A DNA stretch of 64,000 nt from a virus. Its lineage: Duplodnaviria; Caudoviricetes. The DNA lies in the IMG/VR virus record IMGVR_UViG_3300011989_000257, positions 288,001 through 352,000 of that record; one strand, given 5' to 3'. The position numbers and the translations under genes are program-made. Position 1 is the stretch's first letter, and each line of letters starts with the position of its first letter. The notes under the pieces are model-generated. The model did no database searches, was not told where the DNA came from, and saw nothing but the letters and a program-made list of their open reading frames with translations. Of the stretch, positions 37,943 to 48,489 are shown in pieces.

Positions 37943-40159
37943 TTAAGGTAACTCTCCTTCATATGTGCCATCTAGTTCACTATCTTGACCTTGCATCTGC
38001 TTTATTAAAGCACCGTTATAATAAACCTTAAACCCATTGACGTGTATCACTGCTCCTCCGCACCATTCCGTACCTTCATCATAACTTTGTACTGAGTTAG
38101 CTGATGTTCCGCCAGTATAGTTTTGGGCAGATGTTGGTGTACAATTTTGGACAGACTTGTCATAGAAAGAACGTCTATAATACACTTCCACTTGCATTGT
38201 GGCTGATTGCCCATCTATTTTGAAATCAGTCACATCATAGCCAGTGTATCTGTTATAATCCCCAGTTACCATTGGACCTTCTTCATAATCATAGTATTTA
38301 AACTTGAAACTATAAGTATGCACCACTGGCGCAGGCTCTTGTGTTACATTTATTGTCTTGCAATGATTGCCATTTGCGTCATCAATATATACATTTGCAC
38401 TTCTAGTCGAAGTTGCTCGGCTTGTTGAATTGAATTCAAGTTTACCATTAGTTGCATTCACATCAAGCCAACCATCTGCTTCATTGTTATTAATATAAAC
38501 AGTGCAATTATGACTATAAGTTGTTTCTGCTGTAGAACCAGCTGCATATCCAAGTGTTATGGATGTAGTTCCAACTTTTACGTTTGCGTCTTCACAACTA
38601 CAGAACCCTTTGCTATTAACAGTAAAGTATGCGCATCTTGAACCATCAATTTCTATTGCATAGCTTCCTGTTCTATCTACAGTAGAAGTGTTTACCTTGC
38701 TTGCAGTAATCATGCCGTTCCTAATAGAAATAGTGCCTTCTAAAATGTTGTCTCCTTCTACTCTAACAACACTAGCTCCATCTATGCAATTAGCTGTATA
38801 CGTCGCTGCTATTACATTAACTCCTGGGTCAACTGTAGCTCCAGTCACACTGAAATTAGCAGACGAGCATGTACAAGCTTGAGGGGTTGCACCATTTTGT
38901 GTTACTGTGAAATCAGCACATTTTATATTATCAAAATACAATGAATAATATCCAGTTCTAGAAGATGTTGAAGTATTTTCATTTACAGTGGCTTTTATAT
39001 TACCATTGCTTATTGAACAAGTAGGAGTTTGTATAATCTGAGCACCATCGACGTATGCAACACTTGCGTTAGATGAACAAGAACTAGTATATGTAGCAAT
39101 CAGCACAGAAGTTGCGCTAGCATTGGCTACATTAGTTTTACCAGTAACTGAGCACGTACAAGAATCTTTTCCGTTTTGATTTATTGTTACTAACGCCCCA
39201 CATTGGCTACTGCCTAAGAATACGGCGATATTCTCACTTCTTTGGCCATATGAGTCAAGATTTGATGAACAATCTCCTGTTATTGTGTAACTAGTTGAAG
39301 AATTCCTAACTATGCCAATATTACTTATAAAATTAGAACCACTAACCCTTTTGACGATAAGAGTACTATTTTCACAATTTGTTGTGTACCTCCCTAATGT
39401 AGCAGTACCCCCAGTATTAGGTACTGTTGTTGTAAGTTGTTGTTGCGATACTCCTATTTTAGCGCAAGTATCACAAGTTGCAGGAGGAGGTGTAACATAG
39501 CCATTAAGCGTTATTGAATTATTGGCTTTAACTACACCAGTGGAAGGGCTAAATGTATATCCAGCTTTTGATATACTGACATTCTTTGAGGTTGGGTCTG
39601 TTGATGTAAGAACAGCCTTTCCTCCAGATATAGTATATGAAGAGCCTCCTATGTTAACTGAAGCGCCTTCAACGTTCGAATAAACAGTAAAGGTATAATT
39701 TGTCACTGGAGTACCCGATGCTTGAACGAATTGAATGGTTTGGCTGCAACAGCCTCCCCAAGAAGCAAATTTAAAATAAACACTCTTTTGACTAGTGGTA
39801 CTGTTTCTTGCCACATCAGCCTTTATTAAACCGTTTTCAAATTTGAAGTTACTTAAGAAATCGTCACCATAATCTTTCATAGGGGTTATTTCTTCTTGTC
39901 CGCTACCACAATTATTATAGTAGCTACCAATAACGATGCTATTTCCCCCTTCGGCTGGTATTAAGCCATTACTAGAAAATCCGCACTTAACTGGCGGGCA
40001 TGCCTTCACAGTAACATTTTTTGTTATTACAGAAGAAGTTGGTGTCTCCAAATAAGAAATTGTATACACCGTATCTTCGCTATGCATTTCAAAAGTGGCT
40101 AATCCGTTCCCATCTATACTTGCTAAACCAGTGTCTGGACTAATTGACCAAGTTCCCAT
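37943..40159 (-). CDS. virion surface/fibre protein with BACON-like Ig repeats
   Basis: Repeats ending N-x(3-5)-R...C..F/I-T-V-x-Q; Ser/Thr/Cys rich. Confidence 0.7.
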   Translation of the reverse strand: MGTWSISPDTGLASIDGNGLATFEMHSEDTVYTISYLETPTSSVITKNVTVKACPPVKCGFSSNGLIPAEGGNSIVIGSYYNNCGSGQEEITPMKDYGDDFLSNFKFENGLIKADVARNSTTSQKSVYFKFASWGGCCSQTIQFVQASGTPVTNYTFTVYSNVEGASVNIGGSSYTISGGKAVLTSTDPTSKNVSISKAGYTFSPSTGVVKANNSITLNGYVTPPPATCDTCAKIGVSQQQLTTTVPNTGGTATLGRYTTNCENSTLIVKRVSGSNFISNIGIVRNSSTSYTITGDCSSNLDSYGQRSENIAVFLGSSQCGALVTINQNGKDSCTCSVTGKTNVANASATSVLIATYTSSCSSNASVAYVDGAQIIQTPTCSISNGNIKATVNENTSTSSRTGYYSLYFDNIKCADFTVTQNGATPQACTCSSANFSVTGATVDPGVNVIAATYTANCIDGASVVRVEGDNILEGTISIRNGMITASKVNTSTVDRTGSYAIEIDGSRCAYFTVNSKGFCSCEDANVKVGTTSITLGYAAGSTAETTYSHNCTVYINNNEADGWLDVNATNGKLEFNSTSRATSTRSANVYIDDANGNHCKTINVTQEPAPVVHTYSFKFKYYDYEEGPMVTGDYNRYTGYDVTDFKIDGQSATMQVEVYYRRSFYDKSVQNCTPTSAQNYTGGTSANSVQSYDEGTEWCGGAVIHVNGFKVYYNGALIKQMQGQDSELDGTYEGELP

Positions 40160-40187
40160 ATATTATTATATTATTTAAGTTATTATT

Positions 40188-41933
40188 TTAAGGATTATCT
40201 GACTTCGGACAAGGGTTTTGTGAGTCATAATTATCATTATCTCTCTGATAGAAATAAACCTTACCTTCTGTCATCCAATCATTGCTTGTCTTGAAGCTGC
40301 AATCGCATTCTCCACCAGTAGTCGTTACTGTTACTGTTCCTATCCTTTTTTCACCAGTTGTGTTTTCGGCTACTTTATAATGGACCATTCCATGACTACA
40401 CTCTCCAGAGGTGCTTAATGTCCCTGTATATATTTCCACTGTAAATGTAATCCAGTCATCATTAGATACAATATTGAAATCTGGAGAATGATACTCTCTG
40501 CTAGCTACTGTGCTACCAGTGCCAACATTTTTGCCATATCCAAAGTATATTCCATCACCAATTGCTTCTCCGCACGCTGCGATACCACAGTCTTTACATG
40601 CCCCAGCATTACATCCATAATAGTCTCCATCATGAGGTCCAGACCACCATCCACCTCTTGGTGGGGCATAAGATTTCCAAGGTTCGCAAACTTGTTTTGA
40701 CAAGTTTGTAACTCTACCCATGTTATCCATTGTCCTATACCCAATTATAGGGTCTTCACCACCGCACTCGCCTGTCCTATATTGTGCTTCGCCTTCACAA
40801 TATATTGTACTAAAGCCATATATTGTGTTACATTCCTCTGGTGTAGGAGGCGCTTGGCAAGCTGAGTCACTTGAACAAGAATTACACCTTGCTGAAAACA
40901 CCTTCGTACATGACTCAGTTCCAAATGATACCGTAACTGGTATTTCAACCGTTATCCCATTTGTGGGTATTTCACAGCAATCCATCTCAATTCTATCAAG
41001 TGAATATGAATTTGATATATTACCCGATTCATGAGAGGTAGTAGCTGACATTCTATCATAATCAATATCACCGCAGCCATCTTTCCACACATAATTGGTA
41101 GTTATAGTTACAGAACTAATCGCTTGTACTGTTAAAGTTTGCGATGGTATATAGCAAATTTTAGACCCAGCTTCATGGACACTTTCAATCAATAGATTAG
41201 AAGGCGATGATTGGCAATTAGTTAAGCTATAACTAGATGCAGATGATGATGTTTCAATCCATTGTCCGCTACCATTCCCGTTTTGTGTTACATTTACTGT
41301 ATTACTTTTAACTGTGTTTCCTCTCCAAATTGTTGATGCATAAATGGAATCGCTCCTTTGCGAAGAAGATGAGTTTTTATCTATAGAATATGATGAACAA
41401 TTACTAATTCCACCATGTGTTAACGTCCAAGATAAATCTTCACAATTTCCATTAATAGTTTCAACGACTGTTGGTCCAACAATTGAACATGAACTGTTCA
41501 TTGACTTAGAATATCTTGTATAATTGTACGTGGTAGTAACATTTGCACTATCTCCGCAAGCATCAAGACTTGATGTTTTGCTTAATGAAATAGATATGTT
41601 ATTTAATGTTGTATATCTTATTGATAAGTCCTTCTGATTTACTTCTTGATTAGGAGCATAAGGAGTTTCAGTCGAACCCCCTGTATATGTTGAGTTAACA
41701 ACAATGCCGTCGTTATCATATCTAGCATCAGTTGGATGAATATAAGCAAGTTGTATAATAGCCCCACTAGACAATTCTCCATATGTTGGGCAATAGCTAT
41801 CGCCTTTTGAATCGTCAACAGTAAGTATACTATTATCAACACTACTATGCAAATAGTTGCCTATAAAAGATTTCAAATATCCAATTGTGATAACTTTCAA
41901 GCATTCAGTTTGTTTTTCTTGACAACATGCCAT
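40188..41933 (-). CDS. Cys-rich virion protein with BACON-like domains
   Basis: DWITF...VAENTTGEKRIGTVTV; NSSSSQRS...VTQ. Confidence 0.65.
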   Translation of the reverse strand: MACCQEKQTECLKVITIGYLKSFIGNYLHSSVDNSILTVDDSKGDSYCPTYGELSSGAIIQLAYIHPTDARYDNDGIVVNSTYTGGSTETPYAPNQEVNQKDLSIRYTTLNNISISLSKTSSLDACGDSANVTTTYNYTRYSKSMNSSCSIVGPTVVETINGNCEDLSWTLTHGGISNCSSYSIDKNSSSSQRSDSIYASTIWRGNTVKSNTVNVTQNGNGSGQWIETSSSASSYSLTNCQSSPSNLLIESVHEAGSKICYIPSQTLTVQAISSVTITTNYVWKDGCGDIDYDRMSATTSHESGNISNSYSLDRIEMDCCEIPTNGITVEIPVTVSFGTESCTKVFSARCNSCSSDSACQAPPTPEECNTIYGFSTIYCEGEAQYRTGECGGEDPIIGYRTMDNMGRVTNLSKQVCEPWKSYAPPRGGWWSGPHDGDYYGCNAGACKDCGIAACGEAIGDGIYFGYGKNVGTGSTVASREYHSPDFNIVSNDDWITFTVEIYTGTLSTSGECSHGMVHYKVAENTTGEKRIGTVTVTTTGGECDCSFKTSNDWMTEGKVYFYQRDNDNYDSQNPCPKSDNP

Positions 41934-41961
41934 AATAATATTTTTTTTATTAAATTATTTA

Positions 41962-41988
41962 ATGGTGGGTAGGAGTACTACCCACCAT
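41962..41988 (-). terminator. hairpin terminator
   Basis: ATGGTGGGTAG-GAGTA-CTACCCACCAT after the tail fibre gene. Confidence 0.7.
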
Positions 41989-41993
41989 CATTA

Positions 41994-44900
41994 TTATTTA
42001 TTTTTTTCTTCTAGCTCCTTAATTCTTTTTTCAAGTTGGGCTATTCTATAGTCAACATTAGACATATAAGCAACTAAATTATCATTAACTTTTCTCAAAT
42101 GGGCTAATTTAAGTATCATAAGTGATGTATAGTCTACTGCAAGATTTCCATCTTCGTTGGTATATACAAGTTCGTTAAGACCAGCATCTTGTACATCTTG
42201 TGCTATAACACCATAGATTTTGCTCTTATTTTCATCATTCTTGAAATTATAACTCTTATAGTTTATATTAGCCACTCTATCCATTTCATCATCTGTGACA
42301 AGACTAATATTTTCCTTAAGATTTCTATCTGATGAATAAATCTGCTGTTGTGCTGTCACAACACCATTAACGCAAAGATTTCTATTAACTGTAACGCATT
42401 GTCCAGCTGCTGTGTCAATTGTAACAATATTACTTAAATTAACATTACCATTAGTATCTAGTGCATTTGTTGTTACTTTATTACTAGCTGTAATGTTAGT
42501 GCCGCTTATCGTATCGCCTTTTACAGTTGTGCCACTTATATTTGTGCCATTAATGCTAACACCATTAATATTAGTTCCACTTATAACTGGACTCTTTATA
42601 GTAGAGGTAGCATTAATTGTTTGTGCGCTAACATTTGTTCCACTTACAGTATCAGTAGCATATAAATTAGCAGTATTAATCCTAGTATTTGCACTAATCG
42701 TATTCGCACTTACATTATTAGCCCTAATTGCAGCAGAAGCTGTAATGTTAGTGCCACTTATAGTAGGCGAAGTAACGCTTGTTGCGCTTATTGAAGAAGC
42801 AGATGTAGCTGCAAGCGTTGTATTACCAGTAGCGGTAAGAGTTCCAGCACTTACGGTTGCGCCTTTCACAGTTGTACCACTTACAGTAGCACCGCTAACA
42901 GTGTTACTAGCGTACATATTAGTAACATGCATGTTTGGAGTTGTTTCGGCAGAAATTTTATTATCTCCACTTGTTGCATCATACCAAACGCTAAGTTTCA
43001 CATTATGGTTTGCTGCTGTACCATTATCGCTTGGATTTACTGCTTCCAAATCCTTAACAAGTTCTTTTGCTGGAATATCTGTTGTTGTTTCTGATTCGGT
43101 TCTAGAATCTGGGTCAAATGTGTACCATACCAACCTTATAACCCATTCTCCGCTTGTGTCTTGAACAACCGACGCACTCTTAAGAGCCTTATCTTTTGCC
43201 ACCTCAATAGTATTAATATCAACGCCATTTTGTTTTATAGTATAAACCGTTGCAAGGCGTGTATCAGAAGGGTTAGTATTTTTCTCAATAGTAATAGCAC
43301 TTCTGTTTAATACTTCACAAAGGCTTGCGTTAACAGTAGTAGAAGTTATGCCAGTACAATCTGGCTTAAGGTATAATTTGCCTCCTATTGTTGTGTCACC
43401 ACTGATTGTTGTATTACCACTAATATAAGTTGTACCAGTAATATTGAAGTTAGCCTTATTATTAATGGTTGTAGCAGTATTGTTAATAGTGGTGAAATTA
43501 TTGTTATTGGTTGTTCCACCTTCATTAATAGTAGTACCGCTAATATTAATAGTAGTTGCTGTAGAATTATCACAAGCCTTACCGATATTTGTAGTAGGAG
43601 CACCAATACTAGCACTTGTAGAACCCTTAACACAGAAATCCTTTGCACTTATATTAGTGTTATTGGTCGATGTGATATTAACTGTTCCACCAGTCTCATT
43701 AAGTGTGTCCTTAGCAAACACCTCAACATCGCCACCAGTTCCGCTAGCTTGGATTGTAACCTTGTTGTTAGCACCATTGGTCTCTACATTCGTATTACCA
43801 GTAGACTTAATATTCGTAGTACCATTTGTGTTGATTGCAGTGTTACCACTCTCATTTACAGTAAGGTTTCCACCATTGATGTTCTGAGTTTGTGCTGTTA
43901 TACTGATTGTACCAGCAGTACCACATTGCTGTAGATTGATAGCATTGCTCTTCACAATATATTCATTACAGAACTCGAATTCAGCAGTACCACCAGTATT
44001 GCTACACTGCTTAAGTGTATACTTATCAGTTGTTACTTCAATCTTTCCGCAAGAGTTAATTGTTGTATTGGTTTCACTTATTGAAAGATTTGTACCATTA
44101 AGATTTGTATCAGTGCTATTAATTGTGCTAGTTGCTTCTGTTACATCCAAACTAGTGCCGCTCAACGTAGTAGAAGGTGTCTTAGCTGAAATGCTTGTAG
44201 TTTCATCAAATGATAATGTTTTACCACTTGCCTTTATATCAGTTTGGTTGATAACAGTCTTACCATTACCAGCAGCGCATTCTTGAATAGTGAATGCATT
44301 TGTCTTACCACTTATTCTTCCACAAGATTCAATATCTGTGTTAGTTTCTACAACGCTAAGGCTAGTACCACTCACATATGTGCTTGGGGTCTTAGCAGAG
44401 AGTCTTGTAGCCTCAGTGATGTCAAGTGTATTACCACTCAACGTTGCTGTGGTTGCAGATGTATTTGCTGTACCGATAATGGTAGTTGCAGTTGTTGCGC
44501 TTGTATATGCACTTGTTGATGTGGTATTAGCAGTTAATGCTCTCTTATTGGTTGTATTACCGCTAAGATTAAGAGTTGTTGCGCCAGTAACATTTGTAGT
44601 ATTACCACTGATTGTAGTTGTAGCGCCGCTCATATTAAGTGTAGTAGTACCAACAACAGTAGTTGCACTACCCTTTGTAGTTCCATCACAAGCGATACCT
44701 ATGTTAGTGTTTACCTTACCATAGAAATTAGCATTTGCTTGGGAATTTATACAAGTATTGCCTGTTGAATATATGCTGTGTGCGCCAGTTGTATTTTCAG
44801 CCTTGTCAGCTAGGTTTTTTTCAGTTACATTACTTGCTTTAGTTTCAGTTGTAGTACCAGTCGTATTGACAATAACATTGCCTGTTGTATTAACTGTATA

Positions 44901-45794
44901 ACCACTCTGATTGTTCTCAGTAACTTGACCCTTGAATGTCTCTGTTGTGCTACCGCTTGTTGCCCTCGTTACATTGTTCTTATTGTCCTCGGTTACAACA
45001 CCAGTTCTTGTAATATTGGTTGCTCCAGCCGTGCTCTCAGTCTTATCAGAAAAGTTATTCTCTATAACATTGCCAGTCTTATTCTCAGTCGTTGCTCCAC
45101 TAACTGTCAAGTTTTCAGTTCCTACAATAGTAGTTCTTGTGGTAGCACTTTCATTAAGAGTTGTTATCTTATTTGTCTCGTTCGTTATCGTTGATGTTCT
45201 ATTGGTGATTGTCTCAGTCCAATTGGTGTCATTTGCTGTAACGTCAGTTGTCTTGATTGCAAGGGTATGACCAATACGTGTGCCAGTACCATCGCCATTT
45301 GCGATTGTTGTGTTACCACTAAGGTCACTCTTGTCAGTTACGGTAATTGAACTGAACGATGGGTTTGCACCAATCATCGCATAACGTGACATATCAATTG
45401 CTATACCAGCACCATCAGTCTTACCACCATCAGTTGAAGGATTAACTGGCTGACCATCTATATCAACAGCTCCGTTAATCTTGTCATACTTAGGTGTGTT
45501 CTTTGCTGCCACCTGGTTAATCTTGATTTCAATGTTTGAACGGTTGGTGTCAAGATGCACATTGTCAACGACTCCACTGTAAGGCATAACCTCTTTCTTC
45601 TCAATCCAGTCAATGATGGTTGAGTCTGAAGAGAATCTTACAACTTTGTCATCTGAGTTCTTAATTGAAAGGAATTCTTTTTTTGCGGAATTGTTCACCG
45701 CAATTTCACCCACCTCAAGTGATTGTGGGGTTGGCTGCTTATCCGCAATACTGCTATGGATATGTTGCAGCTTTTTTCTGTCTTTTGTTGCCAT
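41994..45794 (-). CDS. tail fibre/spike with C-terminal intramolecular chaperone (peptidase S74-like)
   Basis: Thr/Asn-rich beta-repeat body; C-terminal SSDRNLKENI, YGVIAQDV, VDY and coiled coil. Confidence 0.85.
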   Translation of the reverse strand: MATKDRKKLQHIHSSIADKQPTPQSLEVGEIAVNNSAKKEFLSIKNSDDKVVRFSSDSTIIDWIEKKEVMPYSGVVDNVHLDTNRSNIEIKINQVAAKNTPKYDKINGAVDIDGQPVNPSTDGGKTDGAGIAIDMSRYAMIGANPSFSSITVTDKSDLSGNTTIANGDGTGTRIGHTLAIKTTDVTANDTNWTETITNRTSTITNETNKITTLNESATTRTTIVGTENLTVSGATTENKTGNVIENNFSDKTESTAGATNITRTGVVTEDNKNNVTRATSGSTTETFKGQVTENNQSGYTVNTTGNVIVNTTGTTTETKASNVTEKNLADKAENTTGAHSIYSTGNTCINSQANANFYGKVNTNIGIACDGTTKGSATTVVGTTTLNMSGATTTISGNTTNVTGATTLNLSGNTTNKRALTANTTSTSAYTSATTATTIIGTANTSATTATLSGNTLDITEATRLSAKTPSTYVSGTSLSVVETNTDIESCGRISGKTNAFTIQECAAGNGKTVINQTDIKASGKTLSFDETTSISAKTPSTTLSGTSLDVTEATSTINSTDTNLNGTNLSISETNTTINSCGKIEVTTDKYTLKQCSNTGGTAEFEFCNEYIVKSNAINLQQCGTAGTISITAQTQNINGGNLTVNESGNTAINTNGTTNIKSTGNTNVETNGANNKVTIQASGTGGDVEVFAKDTLNETGGTVNITSTNNTNISAKDFCVKGSTSASIGAPTTNIGKACDNSTATTINISGTTINEGGTTNNNNFTTINNTATTINNKANFNITGTTYISGNTTISGDTTIGGKLYLKPDCTGITSTTVNASLCEVLNRSAITIEKNTNPSDTRLATVYTIKQNGVDINTIEVAKDKALKSASVVQDTSGEWVIRLVWYTFDPDSRTESETTTDIPAKELVKDLEAVNPSDNGTAANHNVKLSVWYDATSGDNKISAETTPNMHVTNMYASNTVSGATVSGTTVKGATVSAGTLTATGNTTLAATSASSISATSVTSPTISGTNITASAAIRANNVSANTISANTRINTANLYATDTVSGTNVSAQTINATSTIKSPVISGTNINGVSINGTNISGTTVKGDTISGTNITASNKVTTNALDTNGNVNLSNIVTIDTAAGQCVTVNRNLCVNGVVTAQQQIYSSDRNLKENISLVTDDEMDRVANINYKSYNFKNDENKSKIYGVIAQDVQDAGLNELVYTNEDGNLAVDYTSLMILKLAHLRKVNDNLVAYMSNVDYRIAQLEKRIKELEEKNK

Positions 45795-45920
45795 ATTTTA
45801 ACTAAATAGTTTATTAAAGAAAAGCAAGTAAAGACTTGCTTAAATTATTAACATTTTAATATAAATATTTAGTTATTGGAAAAATACCTTATATTTTGTA
45901 AGGTATATATAATTTAAAAT

Positions 45921-46238
45921 ATGGGATTTGTTTATTTAATAGGGGAAATAGATAATAATGGAAGATATAAGATAGGTTCTACTAGGGCAAAAGATGTAAA
46001 TCACAGACTGAAACAACTTCAAACGGGTAATTCCTCTGAACTGTATATAAAGGAAGCATTTGAGACTGAACAGCCTTTCAAACTTGAAAAAATGCTCCAC
46101 AATCACTTCAAATATAAGAACCTTAATGGTGAATGGTTTGAGTTATCGGAAGCCGACATAGAGGCTTTTAAGGGCATCTGTGAGGAAAAGATAAGGATTA
46201 TTGATTCGTTGAAGGATAATCCATTTTTTAAAAAATAA
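45921..46238 (+). CDS. GIY-YIG (T5orf172/MUG113-like) nuclease-domain protein
   Basis: GFVYLI..YKIGST..RLKQLQTGN..LEKMLH..GEWF. Confidence 0.85.
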   Translation: MGFVYLIGEIDNNGRYKIGSTRAKDVNHRLKQLQTGNSSELYIKEAFETEQPFKLEKMLHNHFKYKNLNGEWFELSEADIEAFKGICEEKIRIIDSLKDNPFFKK

Positions 46239-46268
46239 AAGGAGAAGCCAAGTAGGTTTCTCCTTTTT
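46237..46268. terminator. bidirectional terminator
   Basis: AAAAGGAGAAGCC-AAGTA-GGTTTCTCCTTTT. Confidence 0.75.
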
Positions 46269-46313
46269 TTAATCATAAATTATGCTATAGATAATACTTC
46301 TTATTGCCATTTG

Positions 46314-48473
46314 TTAGGAGAATTCTCCTTCATATGTACCATCTAATTCACTATCGTGACCTTGCATCTGCTTTAATATAATGCCGTTATATTTTACCAT
46401 AAACCCATTGACGTGTATCAATGAACCTCCACACCATTTCGTACCTTCAAGGTAACTTTGTACTGAGTTAGCTGATGTTCCTCCAGTATAATTCTGGAAA
46501 GATGTTGGTATACAATCTTCATTATCACTACTAAAGAAAGAACGCCTATAATATACTTCAACTTGCATTGTGGTTGGTTGGCCATCCACCTCAAAATCAG
46601 TCACATCATAACCAGTGTATCTATTATAGTCCCCAGTTACCATTGGACCTTCTTCATAATCATAGTATTTAAACTTGAAACTATAAGTATGCACAGGTCC
46701 TTCTTGTGTTACCTTGATTGTCTCACAATGTCTGCCATCTATATCATCAATATATACATTAGCGCTCCTTTCAGAAGTTGCTTGACTAATTGAATTGAAT
46801 TCAAGTTTACCATTCGTAGAATTGACATCAAGCCAACCTTCTGCCTCGTTGTTATTAATGTATACTGTACAATCGTGGCTATATGTTGTATTTGCACTAG
46901 AATAAGCCGCATTGCCAAGTGTTATGGCTGTAGTACCTACTTGTACATTTGCCTCTTGACAAGTACAAGTTGATGGTGTTGCCCCTTGTTGAGTAAACGT
47001 ATACTGCGCACACTTAGTTGTGCCTACATATATTCCTATATCTTCTGTTCTAGCAGTAGTTTCTGTATTTGCAGCAACAGTACCATATACATTTCCATTG
47101 CTTACTGTCATATTAGTAATAAAGTCTCCACCGCTAACTCTCTTAGCAGTAAGTCCAGGGTCACAATCATATGCAAAACTTCCTATTAGGATATTAGTTC
47201 CACCTTCTGCTGTAGCTCCTCCACTTAACCCTTGTATATTTGCATCTTCACAAGTAGTACAAGGTTCAGCCCCAGCTTGCACAACAGTGAAATCATCAGA
47301 GCAATTACCAATAGTTGCAGTATATACTGACGTTCTCGTTGCACTAGTGTTAGGTACTGATACTTTTGCTGAAATTGTACCATTTGAGAAACTGAAATCA
47401 GTTAGGAAATCAGTACCACTCTTAATTGTTGCTGACCAAGTTCCACTACAAGTTGATGAGTATGTACCAAGGTCAACCCTTGATGTTGTCACAGCACTTG
47501 ATATCGGATTCTTATGACCAGTTGCATTACAAGTACAAGTTTCTGTTTTTGGATTTTGAGTTAATGTAAATGACTTAGTACAAATCTCAGACCCAGCTTT
47601 ACCCGTCACAGTTATTTCTGTTGCTCTAGTATTAGTTGTGCTAGTATTCTCATTTATAGATGCTTTAATAGAGCCATTGCTTGCTGATATGCTAGTTATC
47701 CAATCTGCTGGTTCTGATGCTGCAATGTTTGTAACGCATCCAGCAGTATAAGTTCCAATTTCAAAATTGTTTCTTGCAGATGAGTCTATTGTCTTGTCTC
47801 CACTTACCTTTAAGTCATTACACTTACAAACTAGAGCGCCCAATTGAGTTATTGTGAAATCTCTTGATGGGCATTCTTGGCTATTAACAATCCATCGTAT
47901 AGTGCAAGACCTAGGTTTGTTAGTTGGATTTGGCGCAACAGTATATCTAATTGTACCAAGAGCATGTTTATACTCACCAATTTTATTGACAGCATCTTGT
48001 ACAACCTTCGGCAATGATGTCAATGGTGGGTTATGCTCTGCATTACAAGGGTCAACTTGTGTAGTTACCAATCCAGCTTGATACATAAGGTTATTTGCCA
48101 CACAAGGATAAGAGCCATAGTTTGTACACATCATTGATGGGTCATCCGTATCCCAATAGTACTTATTTATTGTAATCCAAGTCGAAGCACTTTCTGGTGT
48201 GAACTGAGGTGTGCCATCTACCCACAAAAATGCACTGTCACAAGTTGCAGCTCCAGTTGATGGAACATTATCCCATTCACCTCCATCAACAATGAATTTA
48301 TTGCAAACATCTTCTTTTTTAACAATAATGGTTGTTTTTGATTCGCACATACCATTATTGTATATTACAGTATATTTGTCTTTTAAATTAATACATTCTT
48401 TATTAAATGTGACGATTCCATTGTCATTAATGTCTACACAATCATCATCTGGTATAATTTTCCAATCTCCCAT
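46314..48473 (-). CDS. virion surface/fibre protein with BACON-like repeats (paralog of 37943-40159)
   Basis: Same repeat type; last ~215 aa highly similar to those of 37943-40159. Confidence 0.7.
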   Translation of the reverse strand: MGDWKIIPDDDCVDINDNGIVTFNKECINLKDKYTVIYNNGMCESKTTIIVKKEDVCNKFIVDGGEWDNVPSTGAATCDSAFLWVDGTPQFTPESASTWITINKYYWDTDDPSMMCTNYGSYPCVANNLMYQAGLVTTQVDPCNAEHNPPLTSLPKVVQDAVNKIGEYKHALGTIRYTVAPNPTNKPRSCTIRWIVNSQECPSRDFTITQLGALVCKCNDLKVSGDKTIDSSARNNFEIGTYTAGCVTNIAASEPADWITSISASNGSIKASINENTSTTNTRATEITVTGKAGSEICTKSFTLTQNPKTETCTCNATGHKNPISSAVTTSRVDLGTYSSTCSGTWSATIKSGTDFLTDFSFSNGTISAKVSVPNTSATRTSVYTATIGNCSDDFTVVQAGAEPCTTCEDANIQGLSGGATAEGGTNILIGSFAYDCDPGLTAKRVSGGDFITNMTVSNGNVYGTVAANTETTARTEDIGIYVGTTKCAQYTFTQQGATPSTCTCQEANVQVGTTAITLGNAAYSSANTTYSHDCTVYINNNEAEGWLDVNSTNGKLEFNSISQATSERSANVYIDDIDGRHCETIKVTQEGPVHTYSFKFKYYDYEEGPMVTGDYNRYTGYDVTDFEVDGQPTTMQVEVYYRRSFFSSDNEDCIPTSFQNYTGGTSANSVQSYLEGTKWCGGSLIHVNGFMVKYNGIILKQMQGHDSELDGTYEGEFS

Positions 48474-48489
48474 TATAAATTATTTTTTT

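Noticed and set aside
42412-45270. Plus-strand hydrophobic ORFs opposite the tail fibre gene
   Set aside because: Antisense shadows of Thr/Asn-rich codons.
37943-46965. Diversity-generating retroelement TR/VR pair
   Set aside because: Both copies are coding, the differences inspected are largely synonymous and not adenine-specific, and there is no reverse transcriptase in the window.
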